Assembly (NCBI RefSeq): GCF_036321535.1
Contig: NC_087472.1
Location: 91,266,001 to 91,330,000 of the forward strand
Source: Camelus dromedarius
Lineage: Eukaryota
Direction of reading: 5' to 3'
Length of the DNA stretch: 64,000 nucleotides
Position 1 is the stretch's first letter; the number at the start of each line of letters is the position of its first letter. A program made the translations under genes and the position numbers. Positions 1 to 14,200 of the stretch are shown here, piece after piece. The notes under the pieces were generated by a model. The model made no database searches, was not told the DNA's origin, and saw nothing but the letters and a program-made list of their open reading frames with translations.

Positions 1-2578
1 AAGGTACTTAATAAATACGAACTTAAAAACACAAACAAACAAAATTCCCCAAACTTGGCGTGATCCTTTTAAAAGAACAAACTACCTACTTCACACATCG
101 TTCCTGGGTGGTTGCCTTTCTACAAACACAGTGTCTTACTGCCTCTATTTTCTACCTACCTGCATCTCTCTGGACCATTTGCAACCTGGCTTCCATCTTG
201 AGCCTTCTACTAAAGCTTCATTCATTCTTAGAGGTCACCACTGAAGACCTAATTTGTCAGCCTCAGCCTCCATGACTTTTATGGAGTATTTTGCACTGCT
301 GACCAAGCACCCCACCCCCCAAGTATCTCTACCTGGGATCACCACATTAATGACTAACTACATTCTTATTTGTCTGCATTCTCCATCCCTGTGTTTCTTA
401 CTTTTAAAAATATCTCCTCTACCTGTAAATTTTTTCTTGGTATTTTCATCTAGTCCTGTTGCTTCAAAAATCACCTCTAAATCGGGAAATTCAAAACCTC
501 TACTTTTATAATGAACTCATTCCCCATTTCCAAATGTGTATGATAGATATATAACCTATCAGTACCACCGTGTCCCAAATAGAAATTCTTCTACTTGGAC
601 GCATTTCCTACTTTGGCTAAGCCTAACCACTAGGTCCAGGTGACTAGACTTCATACGTGCTTCCTGTCTCCTGTCCCTCTGCAGTGTCATGGACATTCAC
701 CCACAGCCTCCCTCTCTCTCCTCACCTTCCTAGTCTTTGTCCTTGTTACTGAGATGGCATAGTGGCCTCCACCATGCCCTCTTTGCCTCTAGCCTCTCCT
801 CACTTTGATCCAGGATCATATTATTAAGTGGACTCTGAACACCAGCTCACAAACCTTCAGAAGTGTCCCAATGCCTTCAAGAAAAAACTCCTCAGTTGAA
901 ATTTAGGCCTTCACAACACCATCCTAGCCTTATTTTCCCACAACTACTTCCCTACCTGAATGTTCTGTACAGTCTTTAAACAAATCCTTCCATTTTCCCA
1001 CATGCATCTTTGGTCAGTGTTCCACGTGTTCACCATACTGCGCATTCTTTAGAACATTTCATTACTAACATAATGTTTTGTGACTTTTCTCCCCTCCTTA
1101 TGAAACCGTTCAACATAAGTACCTCAAAGCGTCTTACGGCAGATACGTTCTGATTTATAATATGATAAACTGTGTGTTTGTGTTCTTTCTCCTCAGGAAC
1201 ACAAACATGAACTGAAAGACCTTACAGTTGGCTATTCCCCTCCTTCAACCTGGAGGAGCTGCAGAGATATTCAACAAGCCGTCCTTAACTTAAATGCATC
1301 ATTCAGGACTTGGTTGATAATGCTTAAGGGATTGGGGGAGTATAAAGAGAAGGAAAATCAGGCAATTTTATTGGATCCCATGTGCTCTGTATTACTGTGT
1401 TAGGTACTTGACAAATAGAGATACCATCTGACTTACTAGCATTAGTGTGCTTGGCAGAGGAGGAAAGAAGGGGGCGGAGGGAATAGCCTACTTTTCCGTC
1501 ACTTCTCTTGATTCCTGATTCAACTACCTGGAACCCAGAATTCATAGACTATGTTACCAGACCCTCGATGACTCAAGCTTTCCTTGTGGTAACCTAGGAT
1601 ACCACGACCTGCACAGAATATTCATATCTCCCTTCCCCCACCAAAAATTCTCACACAAATAATATCACACTCTTGCATGAGGACAGCTGCTCCTGCTAGA
1701 CTACAAGAACATTTCATCTAAAATGTTAGATGTTCCATTATTCACAAAAGAAGAAACTAACCACTGAAGTTAACACTGATGAGAGAATTAGGAAAGAAAA
1801 GCACAGTAAATGTAGACAGTCTCCTGCCGGATCTATGGAAATCTTTTCCAAGCAGGGGACAGTAATGTGCCCCGGCTAAGTCAAATCAGCTGGATCTGGG
1901 TGCAAAGATTGCTTCTCTCACTTGCTAGCATAACCTCTCCGAGCATCTGTATTCTCCTACTAAAGTGGGAATAATCTTATTATTCTTAGGTATGTGGCTT
2001 GTTACAGACTCTGCACGTGTGTGAGTAGTAAGATGAGATTAGGAGGAAAATGCACCAAATCTCTACTTCCATCATTCCTTCTTCTTCTTATCAAAGAAAA
2101 AACTTCAGGTAATAGGGAGAAAGCACAATGCCAGGGAAATAACACTGAAAGTCCCACACAAAGAAAATTACTTTACAATTAGCGAGAAAGTCTAGGACAG
2201 GAACAATACCTTGAAAACTGTAGTTAATTATGACTCTTCCTCCCCTCTGTTCAACCTTCCTCCCATCCCCGAACAAGCTCCCCAAAAGGCAAGAATACTT
2301 TAAACCAAAATTTAGTTTATGGATGAAAAAGGTATGGAACTTTATAAATCACGGTTTTCACAAGCCTCATCAGTGTGTTTACCTATGGCATAATGTATTT
2401 TATTTGAAGCAGATGAAGAAATACAAACGGGAAAACATTTTTATATCTTTATTGGAACTCTGAAGGTACTAATTTTCAGCTCAGATGAACTTCAAAAGCT
2501 TTTCCTCATTCAAAACACCAAAGGGAAAAACAAACAAACCAAAAAAACGCCATTGGTTTTCAGATTTCTGAAACTCAC

Positions 2579-2646
2579 GTGTTTTTGGCTTGTCCATCTT
2601 GGAAGCACATTTGTCCCACCAGTGCAGCTGACTGGTCCCCCAAACA
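2579..2646 (-). CDS. GK: Glycerol kinase coding exon ([23 protein letters not shown]); last exon found in the window
   Basis: GDQ motif; CAG acceptor, GTGAG donor, 68 nt; later exons were not found and presumably lie left of position 1. Confidence 0.96.
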
Positions 2647-3032
2647 CTGAAAGTATAAATGACAATAAAGAACACCGACTAAGACAATACTATTAATTTC
2701 CTTTTTACAAGAACCATAAGATTTATCTTTCCTTCTTTATTTATGAAGGAATGAACTGTCTTATGTTCTCTGCATTGCCTCCACTTGGCCATTTTCCCAT
2801 TTGTTAACACTCCTCTGAGGTAACAGGTACGGGAAGGGAGATTTCCAATTAATTTACTCAGAAAATTTTCAGTGGCCCACACTGTGTCACATAAGAACAT
2901 GAATTAGCCAATTCTGCTGCTCTTATTTATTCTTCACAGTTAAGGAAGCAGCAGACTGATTAAGGAAAGCTGTAACATGGAAGGGATTGGGGGTACGGAG
3001 GTCACAGGGAGATGGTTGCTGATGAGACTTAC

Positions 3033-3068
3033 CCCAGATATTGGCACACCTTCCAAGGCCCCAGCTTT
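3033..3068 (-). CDS. GK: Glycerol kinase coding exon (KAGALEGVPISG)
   Basis: TAG acceptor, GTAAG donor, 36 nt. Confidence 0.95.
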
Positions 3069-3579
3069 CTAATAAAATTTTAAAAAAAGGATTATGAATA
3101 ATCACAAACTGTTGGCTCCACTAACATAACTGCAACAGAAACGAACACGAAGAGCAACATGCCAGAGCATGTGGGCAGACAAGACAAAGCCATTGTTTCA
3201 GCTACATGAGTGGTTCAGAGAGACAGACACTAGAAAGATTCCTAGAATGGCAGGAAGAGGCATGGCACTGGAGTGCGGACATGACACACTGGGCTGGCAG
3301 TCAGGAGACGTGGGCTGTACTCCTGGTTAGTCACTCAGTCACCGAGCAGGCCGCTGAAACCTCTCTAGGCCTCTATCTACAAAATGGGACTGGCCTTATT
3401 GAGCTTATATGAATGCCAAAGTCCATTTGCTCTTTGCTATTATTGCTGCTACTAAAGACTAACACATCCTTTTAAATGAACATATGAATAGCTATCAAAC
3501 AGCATGGAACATATTTACTTTGGAATGTTGCATTTTATCAACTGTACTTCCTACCCAAACTGCTTAAGTAAGAAACACA

Positions 3580-3713
3580 GGGTGGATAGATCACTGGTAG
3601 AGCACGTGCTTAGCAAGCACAAATTCCTGGCTTCAATCCCTAGTCCTACCCACAAATCAATCAATCAATCAGTTGGATCACCACAACCCCACCAAAAGAA
3701 AAAAAAAAAAGAA
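3580..3713 (+). mobile_element. tRNA-derived SINE (camelid Vic-1-like)
   Basis: A/B-box-like head, polyA tail, TSD AAGAAACACA. Confidence 0.8.
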
Positions 3714-4944
3714 AAGAAACACAAGAGTGTTCAGGTACTGGGTATTACTTGTTCATAACCAACATCACCCTTCAAGTTTTTTATAAGTTAGAGTTAATTT
3801 ATGTGATGAATAGTGGTTTCTATTTTGATCAAGGATGGCCAGCATTCCAGGGGGAAAAATGAGATTTCAGTGGCTGACTGTGGAGTTTACCAAACTTAAT
3901 TTTTAAAGGAATACTTTACACTCATACAAAGCAATCTGTACCGGTATTAGGAAATTAGGGGAAAGGAATATGTTCCCTTAAGTACAGGTGATGTACCAGG
4001 AAGAGCGCCAAACAAAAGCTTTGGCCCGACCGTTCAGCCTGCCATTTGGAAGCCAGTCTCCTGGCCCCTGGGAGCTTCCAGTTCCTGGGGTGTTAAAGCG
4101 AGGGTAAAAATAGAGGCCACCTCACATGGCTACAAGGAAATAATAGCATCTGTGTGGAAACCCTTTACAAAACAGAAAATACCCTCTAGGTAGTAGTTAT
4201 CATTTTATTTCTTTCACGCTTTCTGGTTAGTTCAAGACCTGTCTTTTTATTTACTGTAAATAGTCTTAGAAAATCTGAACCTGGATAATAAGTGAAGGGT
4301 AAATTCCATAAAGGGCTGAGAGAGAATTAGGAAACCTAGAGGCTGTATATCTTGATGTATTTAAATACAGAAAGAAGCCCTTGCTCATACTACTGAAGTT
4401 AACATCGAACAACCAGCAGGATCTACTGTATGCGTGCGGTCAGGCACAGAAAGCGCTCCTTTTCCTTCGCAGAGAGGGATCTCTGGAGGATTCCTGGGAA
4501 TATCCTCTGGTGAAGCATGCAGAAAAAGTGACAGTGCATTTCCAACTAACTGGTCTGAAAGGTTGGGCAAGATAACATTCAAGATAGATGTTCAGGACAT
4601 TTAAAAACGACATCTGATTTCCCTGTTATGCTAAAGCCCAAAGCACATCACAGCTGTACTTTGTAATGGGGACCATAAGAATTTCTCATTCCAGAAAATC
4701 ACCTTCATCTTTTATTGTGAAATCTCACTCTTGATCTTATGAGATTCTTAAAAAAATAAACAAGTAAGATTAAGTTTTAAAAACACCTAATGCTTGACTA
4801 GAGCTTATAATAATTTGGAGGGTCATGGAAGATTCCAGATAAATCTGTTAAGTAAACAGACTTCTGCTTGACTAAAACTAAATGGAAATGCACTGTATCT
4901 TTTCCAAATGAATGGGTAGCATAATTGGTGGGCAACCTACTCAC

Positions 4945-4962
4945 CAGGCTATGAGAGATTTT
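4945..4962 (-). CDS. GK: Glycerol kinase 18-nt microexon (KISHSL)
   Basis: TAG|AAAATCTCTCATAGCCTG|GTGAGT; frame-neutral; matches the recalled alternatively spliced KISHSV exon of human GK. Confidence 0.9.
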
Positions 4963-5997
4963 CTACAGTCAGCAAAGGGGAGAGAGGGGGGACAGAAGCA
5001 ATAATATTTAAATACAAGAGAAACTAGGCCAGTGAAATTTTTTCAACCATCCTCTGAAACTGTTTCTCAAGAAAAGTTTTTTTCTCTGACTAAAGTCAGT
5101 TTGTAGATAGCTATGAAATCATCAAAGCACTTTGAAATTATAGATAAGCAACTATGCTTCCCTTTAAAAATTCCATGTTGCCTTGAAAGGCTTTATTATA
5201 ATTAAAACATTTAAGAATTCTTGCTTAGACTTTATCTACAACACTGAGTATTCAATTCAATAACTCAATTTAATAATAAAGTCTATAAGAGTATCTAATA
5301 TTTTTTGTGGAATGTCATTTTTTGCAATTAATCTTAGACATTCTTAAATTTTACCATAAATTCTAGATTTTTGAGCTTAAACACCAGTTCAAATCCTCTT
5401 AGAGATTTGCATCTCTGCTGAGTAATCAGAGACACTCAATGATGCTAAGTGGACTTTTTGCTGACACTGCTTTTCTTGTGGGTTTCAATGAAAGCAACAG
5501 TAAAAACGTCCATGATGAAAACCCGTTTAATTAGCAATCACAAATCAGAAACAGACTCTGCTTTCAGTTTCTTTGCTCAGGTTTTGCTCAGGCTGACAAA
5601 GAATCTAAGATGAAACATGGTTTGGTTATTAAAAGAGATTCAACAGGAAAAAATGTGAAGAGACTTTCCTATAAATTAAAAGCAGGCATCACAACTGCTA
5701 AACAGTTATTTGGATTAAAAAAATTAACTGGCTCAAACATTCCCCTGCCATCCTCTATAATTAGATTATTCCATTAATACTTTCAAATACTCAAAGAAAA
5801 GCCAGTTAAGGTTTATAAAATATAAAATCCATTGGTAGGAAGGGTTCTTAAGGATTTAAGTTATAAAACTATTTAAACAATACTAAATTCTTATTTTACA
5901 TACTGCCAACATTCACAAAAAATTCACAGCTCTCAAAATAAAAAACATCACACAATTGACTTTTGACTTCTGAATAGTAAAGCTTTTTTTTTTTTAC

Positions 5998-6065
5998 CAT
6001 TAGGCCATAGATCTCAGAAGAACTCCGGACATTTGGAAGAATTTTCATTGGAATTTCAAAAAATC
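5998..6065 (-). CDS. GK: Glycerol kinase coding exon 8 (FFEIPMKILPNVRSSSEIYGLM); apparent +1 T in a homopolymer
   Basis: TAG acceptor, GTAAA donor; 68 nt as given, but 67 are needed to keep frame (7 T where two Phe codons need 6). Confidence 0.93.
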
Positions 6066-6573
6066 TAAAAAACAATAAAGATTGTGTATAACACTATTGT
6101 CAGTAAACATCTAGAAACATTTATATGTATTTAAAGGTAAAAAAACAAAACAAAACAAAACAAAAGGTAAAAAAACCAATGTAAACAACAATTAGAAACG
6201 GGTGTATTTGAGTATAGAGTTAAATAGTAACAAATAAATAAGCCAGCAGAACACACTGTATGCTTGGATGTTTAACGTTTTAACTTTATACAAACAAATC
6301 AATACAAAATGAAAAGCACACAGAAACCCAAGTACTTTTAGAAAGGAACCTAGTCTTCTTGAAGAATAATCAAGACAATTACTTAATTTGGCCTATTTAT
6401 TATACATGCAATATTAGTCTCCTTTAAAAGAATACATGACACAGACTTGTATTTTGTAGTTGAAATATCAACAATTAAAGTTTGGTGCTCCACTGACATC
6501 TGAAAATAGTAAGATTTAGGTTATAAATAGGTAACCTATTTGGAAAACTATTCTTAGGACAGAACACAACTTA

Positions 6574-6684
<111 letters not shown>

Positions 6685-6821
6685 CTAGACAGAATGAAAA
6701 GGACATGTTAAATGTGTACGTTTTTGCAATTTAATTTACACTCTGTCAAGAGCCATAATCAGCAGCAGAACACATAAAACAGGAAGATGGAACATTTCAA
6801 TTACTGAATTTTCTAGTTTTC

Positions 6822-7118
6822 AGCAGTGTCCAAGAGAAACATAATGGGAGCTGCATATGTAATTTAAAATGTTTTAGTCGCTACATTTAAAAAGCATCAA
6901 GCAGCAGGTGAAATTAATAATACAATATATTTTATTTAGTCCTATATATCCAAAATACCCTTTCAATATAAAAAATGATTACTGAGATACCTTCCCTTTT
7001 TGTACTAACTCTGAAATACAGTGTGTATTTTATACTCACATCTCGAGTCAGAATGTGCCACATTTCAAGTGCTCAATAGCCTTATGCAGCTCAGTAGCTT
7101 TATGTGGACAGCATAGTT
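6822..7118. mobile_element. MER3/MER33-like hAT-Charlie fossil
   Basis: GTCCAA...CACATTTCAAGTGCTCAATAGC...TGGACAGC; a related copy lies at ~34910-35378. Confidence 0.7.
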
Positions 7119-8186
7119 CTAGCTAATGATGGATTAAAAATTCTGTTTTGTTTTCATTCTCTCATCTTTGGAAGATGGAAAGTCTTATTAAATTTGGCAA
7201 AGTGAAATACATTGAAATGACTGCCTCTTCAGGATCTTACTGAACCCTGTGTTGCTGTTGTTGTTTGCTTGTGTTTGTGTATGTGTGTGTGTATGTGTGC
7301 ACTTGCACACGTGTGTTTTGTAATAACGATTCTCATTGGGCTGTGCTGGCACTGACCCAGGCACATATCCTGAAAGCAGGGTTTTAAACTCTCTAATGTT
7401 AATACCCTTGGACTTGAACTGCAAGTACGGCTGCTTTCTTTTCTGTAGAAGAAATAAGAGGTATGAAAGCAACAAAAGTGGAGAAATGGCATCAAGTTAG
7501 GGGTACAGCCTCGAGTCTCTTGCAGCTCACAGTTCCCACACCCTGTCTTGCTCTGGCTCCAGGAAATTCTGAGAACTATTGTCAGAACTATTTCAACTGT
7601 GACTGACACGTATGAAGACTGCTGGCCATGAGCACAAAGCACAACCCGCCCTGGCCAAGCACTGGGAGGGCTGGAGAAGGCGCCACTTCCTGAAAGGGGT
7701 TTTGAAAGATCTGCTCCAGGGATCTGACACGTGAGAAATAGGGGCAATGTTCCCTTGAAGCTCCCTTGAATGTTGAAAAAGAGAATCACAAACTTACAGA
7801 AGTGTTTACAAATGAAATACTATGCCTGGGATTTGCCTGAAAATTATCCACGGGGAGAAAGAGAATGTGGCTATGGTTGAAACAAGATTGGCCACAGTCG
7901 ATGGCTGTAGCTGACTCACTGATTTAGAGGTTCCTGACAGTATTCCCTCTGCTTTTTGGGTCTATTTGAAAATGCCCACAATAAAAATAGCAGAGGATGT
8001 GCATGTGAGGGGAGGGGGGTGAAGGGAGAAAATACGTAGTTTTAAGATATAGCTGGGAAATGTCTGTTTCTACTCATCCATGTACAGCTCAGGGAAAAAG
8101 ATTATATAGCAGAAATTTCCACTATGATTTTTCATATTGCAGTTTAATGAAGAGACAGCTGTGTGATGTTGAAAGTAAATGCTAAA

Positions 8187-8347
8187 GGGAGAGTATATAG
8201 CTCACGGGCTTAGAGCACATACTTAGCATGCGTGAGGTCCTGGGTTCAGTCCCCAGCACCTCCTCTAAAACACAGTAATAAATAAATCAACCTAATTACC
8301 AGCTCTCCCAAATAAATTAATTAAAAAAGAAAAGAAAAAAAAAAAAA
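8187..8347 (+). mobile_element. tRNA-derived SINE (camelid Vic-1-like)
   Basis: TAGCTCA...GGTTCAGTCCCC head, AACCTAATTACC body, polyA, 16-bp TSD GAAAGTAAATGCTAAA. Confidence 0.88.
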
Positions 8348-8429
8348 GAAAGTAAATGCTAAAAGTAGCCCAGGTGTTTTATCATGTTAAATAGTTATTT
8401 CTTCCAAGAAATGGCTAGTGGAAAGGAAG

Positions 8430-8620
8430 TACAATTGACCCCTGAGCAATATTGGTTTGAACTGCACAGGTCCACTTACATGTGGAATTTTAAGATAAAT
8501 GCTACAGTAGTATATGATCCATGGATGCAGAACCGCTGACTAAGGGACTTGATATCTGTGTCTTTTGGTATCCTCCGCGGGTCCTGGAACCAATACCCTG
8601 CGGATACCAAGGAACTGCAT
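8430..8620. mobile_element. Tigger2/MER8-like Tc-mariner fossil
   Basis: TTGACCCCTGAGCAA...GGTTTGAACTGC...GGGTCCTGGAACCAAT...GGATACC terminal motifs. Confidence 0.65.
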
Positions 8621-8934
8621 GATAGGCAAGAGCTAAAGGCTAAATTTACTAACTGCTAATTAATTACATTAGCTATTCTAAAGATAATAGATGTGAGATA
8701 TGGTTTTGGTAATCATCCTCCATTTTTACTGAAATAAGGCAAGAAAAAATAAAGAGGAAGGAGGCAAAAGTGCCTCTCAAATGGAGGCTGAAGTGTTCTG
8801 CGGGTTTATGAGTGGCTTTTCTTAACGATGCTGCCAACTAAAAAATTTGAACTCTTCGTAGAAAAAAATGGTAAGCAAGGTGGTCTAAAAAGTTTCTGAA
8901 AATTTCTCCATACACACATTATATTTAAACATAC

Positions 8935-9072
8935 CCAAATAAGCCATGAATCAATGGTCCCGAAAAGAGCTCTATCTTCTTCAACTGCCTTTTGAACTTT
9001 TCTCACATTGTCAAGGAGCCAACGAAGTTTCACTGCACTAAAGTAAGTGCTAAGCGGAAGGCCTGTCTTGGA
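8935..9072 (-). CDS. GK: Glycerol kinase coding exon 6 ([23 protein letters not shown]...[10 protein letters not shown])
   Basis: TAG acceptor, GTATG donor, 138 nt; FGGY signature [13 protein letters not shown]. Confidence 0.97.
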
Positions 9073-11183
9073 CTAAAAACAGTTATGAAATTCAGCCAGC
9101 AAGTTAAACTCATAACAGTTTAAAATAAAACAAAATACCAAATCAAAAAAACACAACCAACCAGAAAATATTCAATGGCTCTAAAGGCAATCCCATGGTA
9201 TTATGGATAAAAAAATAGTTTTCCTATCTCATGGCACAGAAAAGCATGCTCATGAACAAAGGTCAGAGTGATATATTTGCAGTTCAAAGAACATCCACAT
9301 AGAAAGGCAAAGAGAAAATTAAATGACACAGCACCCTGAAATCTAGATAGTTAAGACATAGATGTGATGTAACATTTGTGATGAATTAGTAATATACACA
9401 GAACCTAGCCCAAAACTGTGCCTTTTATTTTATATTCCATGAAAGTGATAAACTATTGAAAATCAGTATATCCAATCATAAACTAATGACCATAACCAGA
9501 AGACTATGTTTTAAAGCATATGACTTAACAGCAATTTATGTGTAAAAAAATAACATAAATACATACTCAACGCACATACGTATTCAAATAACATAAAATT
9601 AGTAGAGAATAAAGTAGAACTCAAAGACACACCACATTAAAGCAACACAGATGTTCTATTTAAGAAAGTAGTTGCTAGTCAAAAGATAATGTAGCACACA
9701 TGAAACTTATTTGATGTTCTAAACCAATGTGACCTCAGTAAACTAAAAAAAAATTAGTATATACAAAAAAAGTAGTTGCCTGAATTCAGCAAATATATTG
9801 AACAAAGGGAGGGTGAACTGAATAAAGGTGAAAGGGTAAGAATGAAACACATATGGGCTTATCGATCGTCCTTGAGAACGATGAGGTCCAACTCATTTTT
9901 GTTAGTATATTAGGCACTAAATTTATTTATAAGGGCTGGTGTAAGTGGTTAAGAAAATACATATGTCAAAATAATGCAACTATCCTTCCCTCCCTGAATC
10001 CTATTCTCATTTGTCACCTAACTACAGCAAGGGGTCCCCTTTCCTTCTCATCTCTATGGATATGCTTAGTAAACAAAAGCTCAGACCAAAGGATTTAATA
10101 CTTTAATGCAACCTTATAAGTTAAGAATCTTAACTCACAGTTTTCCAGCTTTCCTAGAAAAAAAAATCAATGCTCAAAAATAATAAAAAGAAATCATTTT
10201 TGCGACGTTTCTTTGATTTTAAGGACCAAGGGCCATCCCACAAACCACTACAGAGATATAGCATTAGAACATCTCATCATTATTTAAGTAGAACGTGTCA
10301 AAGTTGCCTAAAATGGCTTTAGAGAGAAAAATATGCATTCCCTGAAGCAAAGCGCAGTTGGAGTTGGGATGAGGGTTGGGCAGGCTGACCGAGAAAACAG
10401 ATTAGGAAATGGTTAAGGGTGTCTTCAGGACAAGCCTGAAGTTGTTTGGGCGGGTGAGAATGGGAAATGGTTTGTTAGATTGCTGGAATTAATGGGAGTT
10501 GAGCACTAGTTTCAGAACCAAGAACTGCAAGAAACTGCCCTAAGAGTCCCATTGACAAATATAAAGGGAATAAACCAAAACCCAGAACTTCCTTTTGGAT
10601 ACTAGAAGAGCTTGACCTTGACCTTGCTGAGAAAAATACCACACTTGTTTCAAAAATTCTCTCTCCCTTCATTTATCTGAAGAGAGATGTATGTAAGCAC
10701 TGAAAATCAGGCATTGTTTTATTGGCTTCTTCATATGAAGACAGCAGAAGAGGAGTTCAAGTAAAGGCTGGAATGCCTTCTACCTTCTCTCCCTGAATCC
10801 AGTTGCCCCAAAACTCAAAAGCATCCAGAATTTTCTTTGATGGATAGTAGAAAAACAAGAGAGAAGGATTTGGAAAGCATGGTTAAATCATAGGAAGTAT
10901 TTCCTAGGGAGTATGGTTTAAGGCACGGGGACACTTTATAATCCCCTCCAACCTATCAACCTCGGAGTATTATTCCTCTAGTCTACCACAGGGCAAGGAA
11001 GATGGAAAGGTAAAGACCTGAGTTGTCCTCAATTGTCTGCAGAGAAATATTCTACAAATTGCATCAAATAAGTATTGCGCAATAAGATGTAACAGCTGAG
11101 TAGTCTTTCTGGTGAAATCGCTAAACTTTTTTTTTAAATATGCATTTTTCTTTTTATAGTATACTTTTGAAGAGATGTCTTAC

Positions 11184-11260
11184 CTTGACAAAGTTATTAT
11201 TTCCTGGAATTCTTTTACTAAGACTCTCAACGGTAGACTGGGTTCGTAGGTCAAGCCACA
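11184..11260 (-). CDS. GK: Glycerol kinase coding exon 5 ([26 protein letters not shown])
   Basis: CAG acceptor, GTAAG donor, 77 nt; WxDxR motif. Confidence 0.97.
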
Positions 11261-14200
11261 CTGTAGACCAAAATATAATAATAAATACGAAAAACTTCAT
11301 TAAAAAATTCAGATTTTAATGAAATCACTGTCAAGGACAGGAGACCGATTAGTTTCCACAAGCAATTAAAATGCTGTAGCTTTCAAAAGACAGAAATTAG
11401 AAAATTAGAAATGAATGGGCATATTGTTAGAAAAGAGACCAAATTTATGAGAATTCAAAGCTTTTATGCAAAATTACAGACCAAGTTAGGAGAACAATAC
11501 ATACCTTAGGGCACTTATTTTGTATCTTTTTTATAGAAAAAGTGAAAAAATTGTTTCGGATATGGATTTTCTATGCATAGTGAGTACTGAAAAAATCTGA
11601 ATGCTAGACAGGCTAGTTGCCAGGGCAGAATGTACAGCCCAGGGTCACTGTACTGTGTATAAAGCATGGATCTTAGAAACACTTGGGAGCAATGTGTGAC
11701 ACAGCCGAGAACCTAACACTATTATGGAAGGAAAAAATAGAAAATTCAGTTGCTCATATACTAAATGCTTATTTACACTAAACTCTTTCAAAGGAGGCTA
11801 GAACCCAGAATCGTTACAAAAGATTATTTAAAGGTTACCATCCTTTCTCCATGTTAGATTGCTTTAAAAAATAAATAAATAAAACCCCCCTCTATTTTAA
11901 CAGATCAACATTATTTTTACTAAATAATTCCACTTTCTGATCCCCCTTGGAGAAAGTTCTGTTCTGCTTCGTGACAGAAGGCTTGAGAGAGAGAAGGCAT
12001 GAGATTGTACATAAAGCAATCGTGAAAGGTGAACAATAGGCTCAGCTGAGCTTTCTTGGTCAGATTTCAGTTTTGTACTTAACTTGTATACCTTTTCATC
12101 TGTTAGTGGTCACTCGATATTTTTAGGCACTGACGGTGCTCAGATGCCTCCTGAAAAGACGCAGGCCCACAGGCTATTTAAAGGGCGCCGGGAAGACTCC
12201 GCACGCTTGCCCACCACACGTGGGAGTGCTGGCAGCGAGTGTCTAGTTTATGGTTCACCCATAACTATACTATTCCCTCCTCTTCATTTAAAAACTAGTC
12301 ATTTCCTGTAGTGAATTTTAATCAATTCTTTTAAAGTACTTAAACCATCATTACCCTTGAGGGCTGTCTGTGCTTGATTTTGACAGTGGCTACTTGGCAC
12401 TCAATTAATTAAATCGGGGACTTCAGTACACTATACTGGTTTCCACAGGTGGGGAAAAAAGCAACAAAAGGTTTATCATAACTAAGGAAACAGAAGGTCA
12501 AGAGGAATAGCATGGAAACACATGGGCTAGAGATGACATGTGCATTTGGTGCCCAGCATCCATTCCTCTTGCTGCTGGGAGCAGTAGCTCCAATTCCCCT
12601 TAGAAAACCATTCCTCTCTCATCCTCAGCTGTGTGGCTTGCAAGAAATTCAACCCCATCCCCAGCTCCAGTACTGTGCCTCTACCCCAGTGGTGGGTTCT
12701 GGAGAGCAGAGAGCACATGGGGTCTAATCAGCCCAAGTGAGACTTGTGCTTAATCTGCAAGACTCTCCGTCCTCAGCTCAGCGTGGTAGAGCACATAGCT
12801 GGGGCTGCTGCCCTCGTGTAGACAGCTGAAACGGCCACATCTGGGGCCATCCCAGAAAAGACAGACTTGTGGGATCCGGGTGATATCGTTTGACTCTGGA
12901 ATCAAACAGCACCCGAACTGAGCCACTCTTTGAATTCCTTTTTTTTTTTCTTTTAACCTCATTTAGTTGGGGTTGACTTTTCTATTACTTGCCCTGTGAG
13001 TGATACAAGCCAGCAGCAGCAGTAGCAGCGGCAGCATAGAGTTGGCAAGATCTCCCAAGGCCAGGGAACAAGGGCAATCCACTTTTTTCACAGCATCGTA
13101 TGACTGCAACAAAAGTGGACCTTCTTCATAGGCAAGCAACCCCAGCAGGTGTTAATGGTTTAACCGCAGTAGTTGGGAAAAGTAGAGGAATTCGAGAGAA
13201 AAGTTTTAAATCTACGATTGGTAGAATTAACAAGCGTAATTCAGTTTAGACTACCTACTTTAAAAAAAGGAAATAGGATGGATTAGAATGGAGAATATCA
13301 GCATTCACTAACCTCAGTAAAATAAGTATTGACTTGTGAAATCTTGCTTTAGTTACGTTGATTTCTTGAACCATGATGTAAAATACATTTCTTACCAAGG
13401 GACATGAAAACCACTGCTCTAGGCTTTTTGTTTACTGGCTTCCAGATCAGCATTTTCCTATATTTTAATGGACATCAAAATCACTAGGGATCTTAAATAT
13501 AAACCCCATTCCCAAGAATTCTATGATAGTAGGTCTGGGGAGGGGGCCCAGAATACACCTTTTAAATTGATGCCCCCCTTTAAGAAACACTGTTAGACTC
13601 AACAGCAGTGATTCTTATCCAGGAAGCACACAAGAACCACCTAAAAAACTCTGAAATAACATATCCTGGGGCCTACACTAGAGGATTCTGGTTGAAGGTC
13701 CAGACAAGGAAGGCCTGAGTCTTTCTACCTGTGTTACTCAGTGTTATACTAGAACTGGAGAACCTCTTTTCTAGGGCATGTTCTTTAGGATACTGAACTT
13801 GTTCCAATCATTTGTTTAAAAACAAAACTAAAGACAAACTGATGTGATCATCAGGTTGCTCCCTGAGTCTCAGTGGCTCTATTACTCCTTGACAAGGACC
13901 ACTTATGTAAAACTGGGCACTATACTCCTCACTGAAAGCTTCCAACTATTCACACTGGTGTCCACAGAATTAACCCTTTGCCAAAAAAGAGTCAAAACAT
14001 TGGATGCGAAATCTACATCTTCTGGCTTTGCCACCAATAAGCTATGAGACTCAAGCAAATCATTTTACCCTTCGTGGCCTGGATTTCCTGAATATAAAAC
14101 AAGGCAGTTGGAACAGTCTCTAAATTAGTCTCTCTCTCCTTCTATTATTCCATGATCACAGAAGGCTGGCATAATTCTTACTTTGTGTTTATAGCCCAAG

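Noticed and set aside
7229..7789. 186-aa minus-strand ORF; likewise 28580..29056 and 39343..39780
   Set aside because: Intronic with no recognisable domain; the first runs through a TG repeat. Likely chance ORFs.
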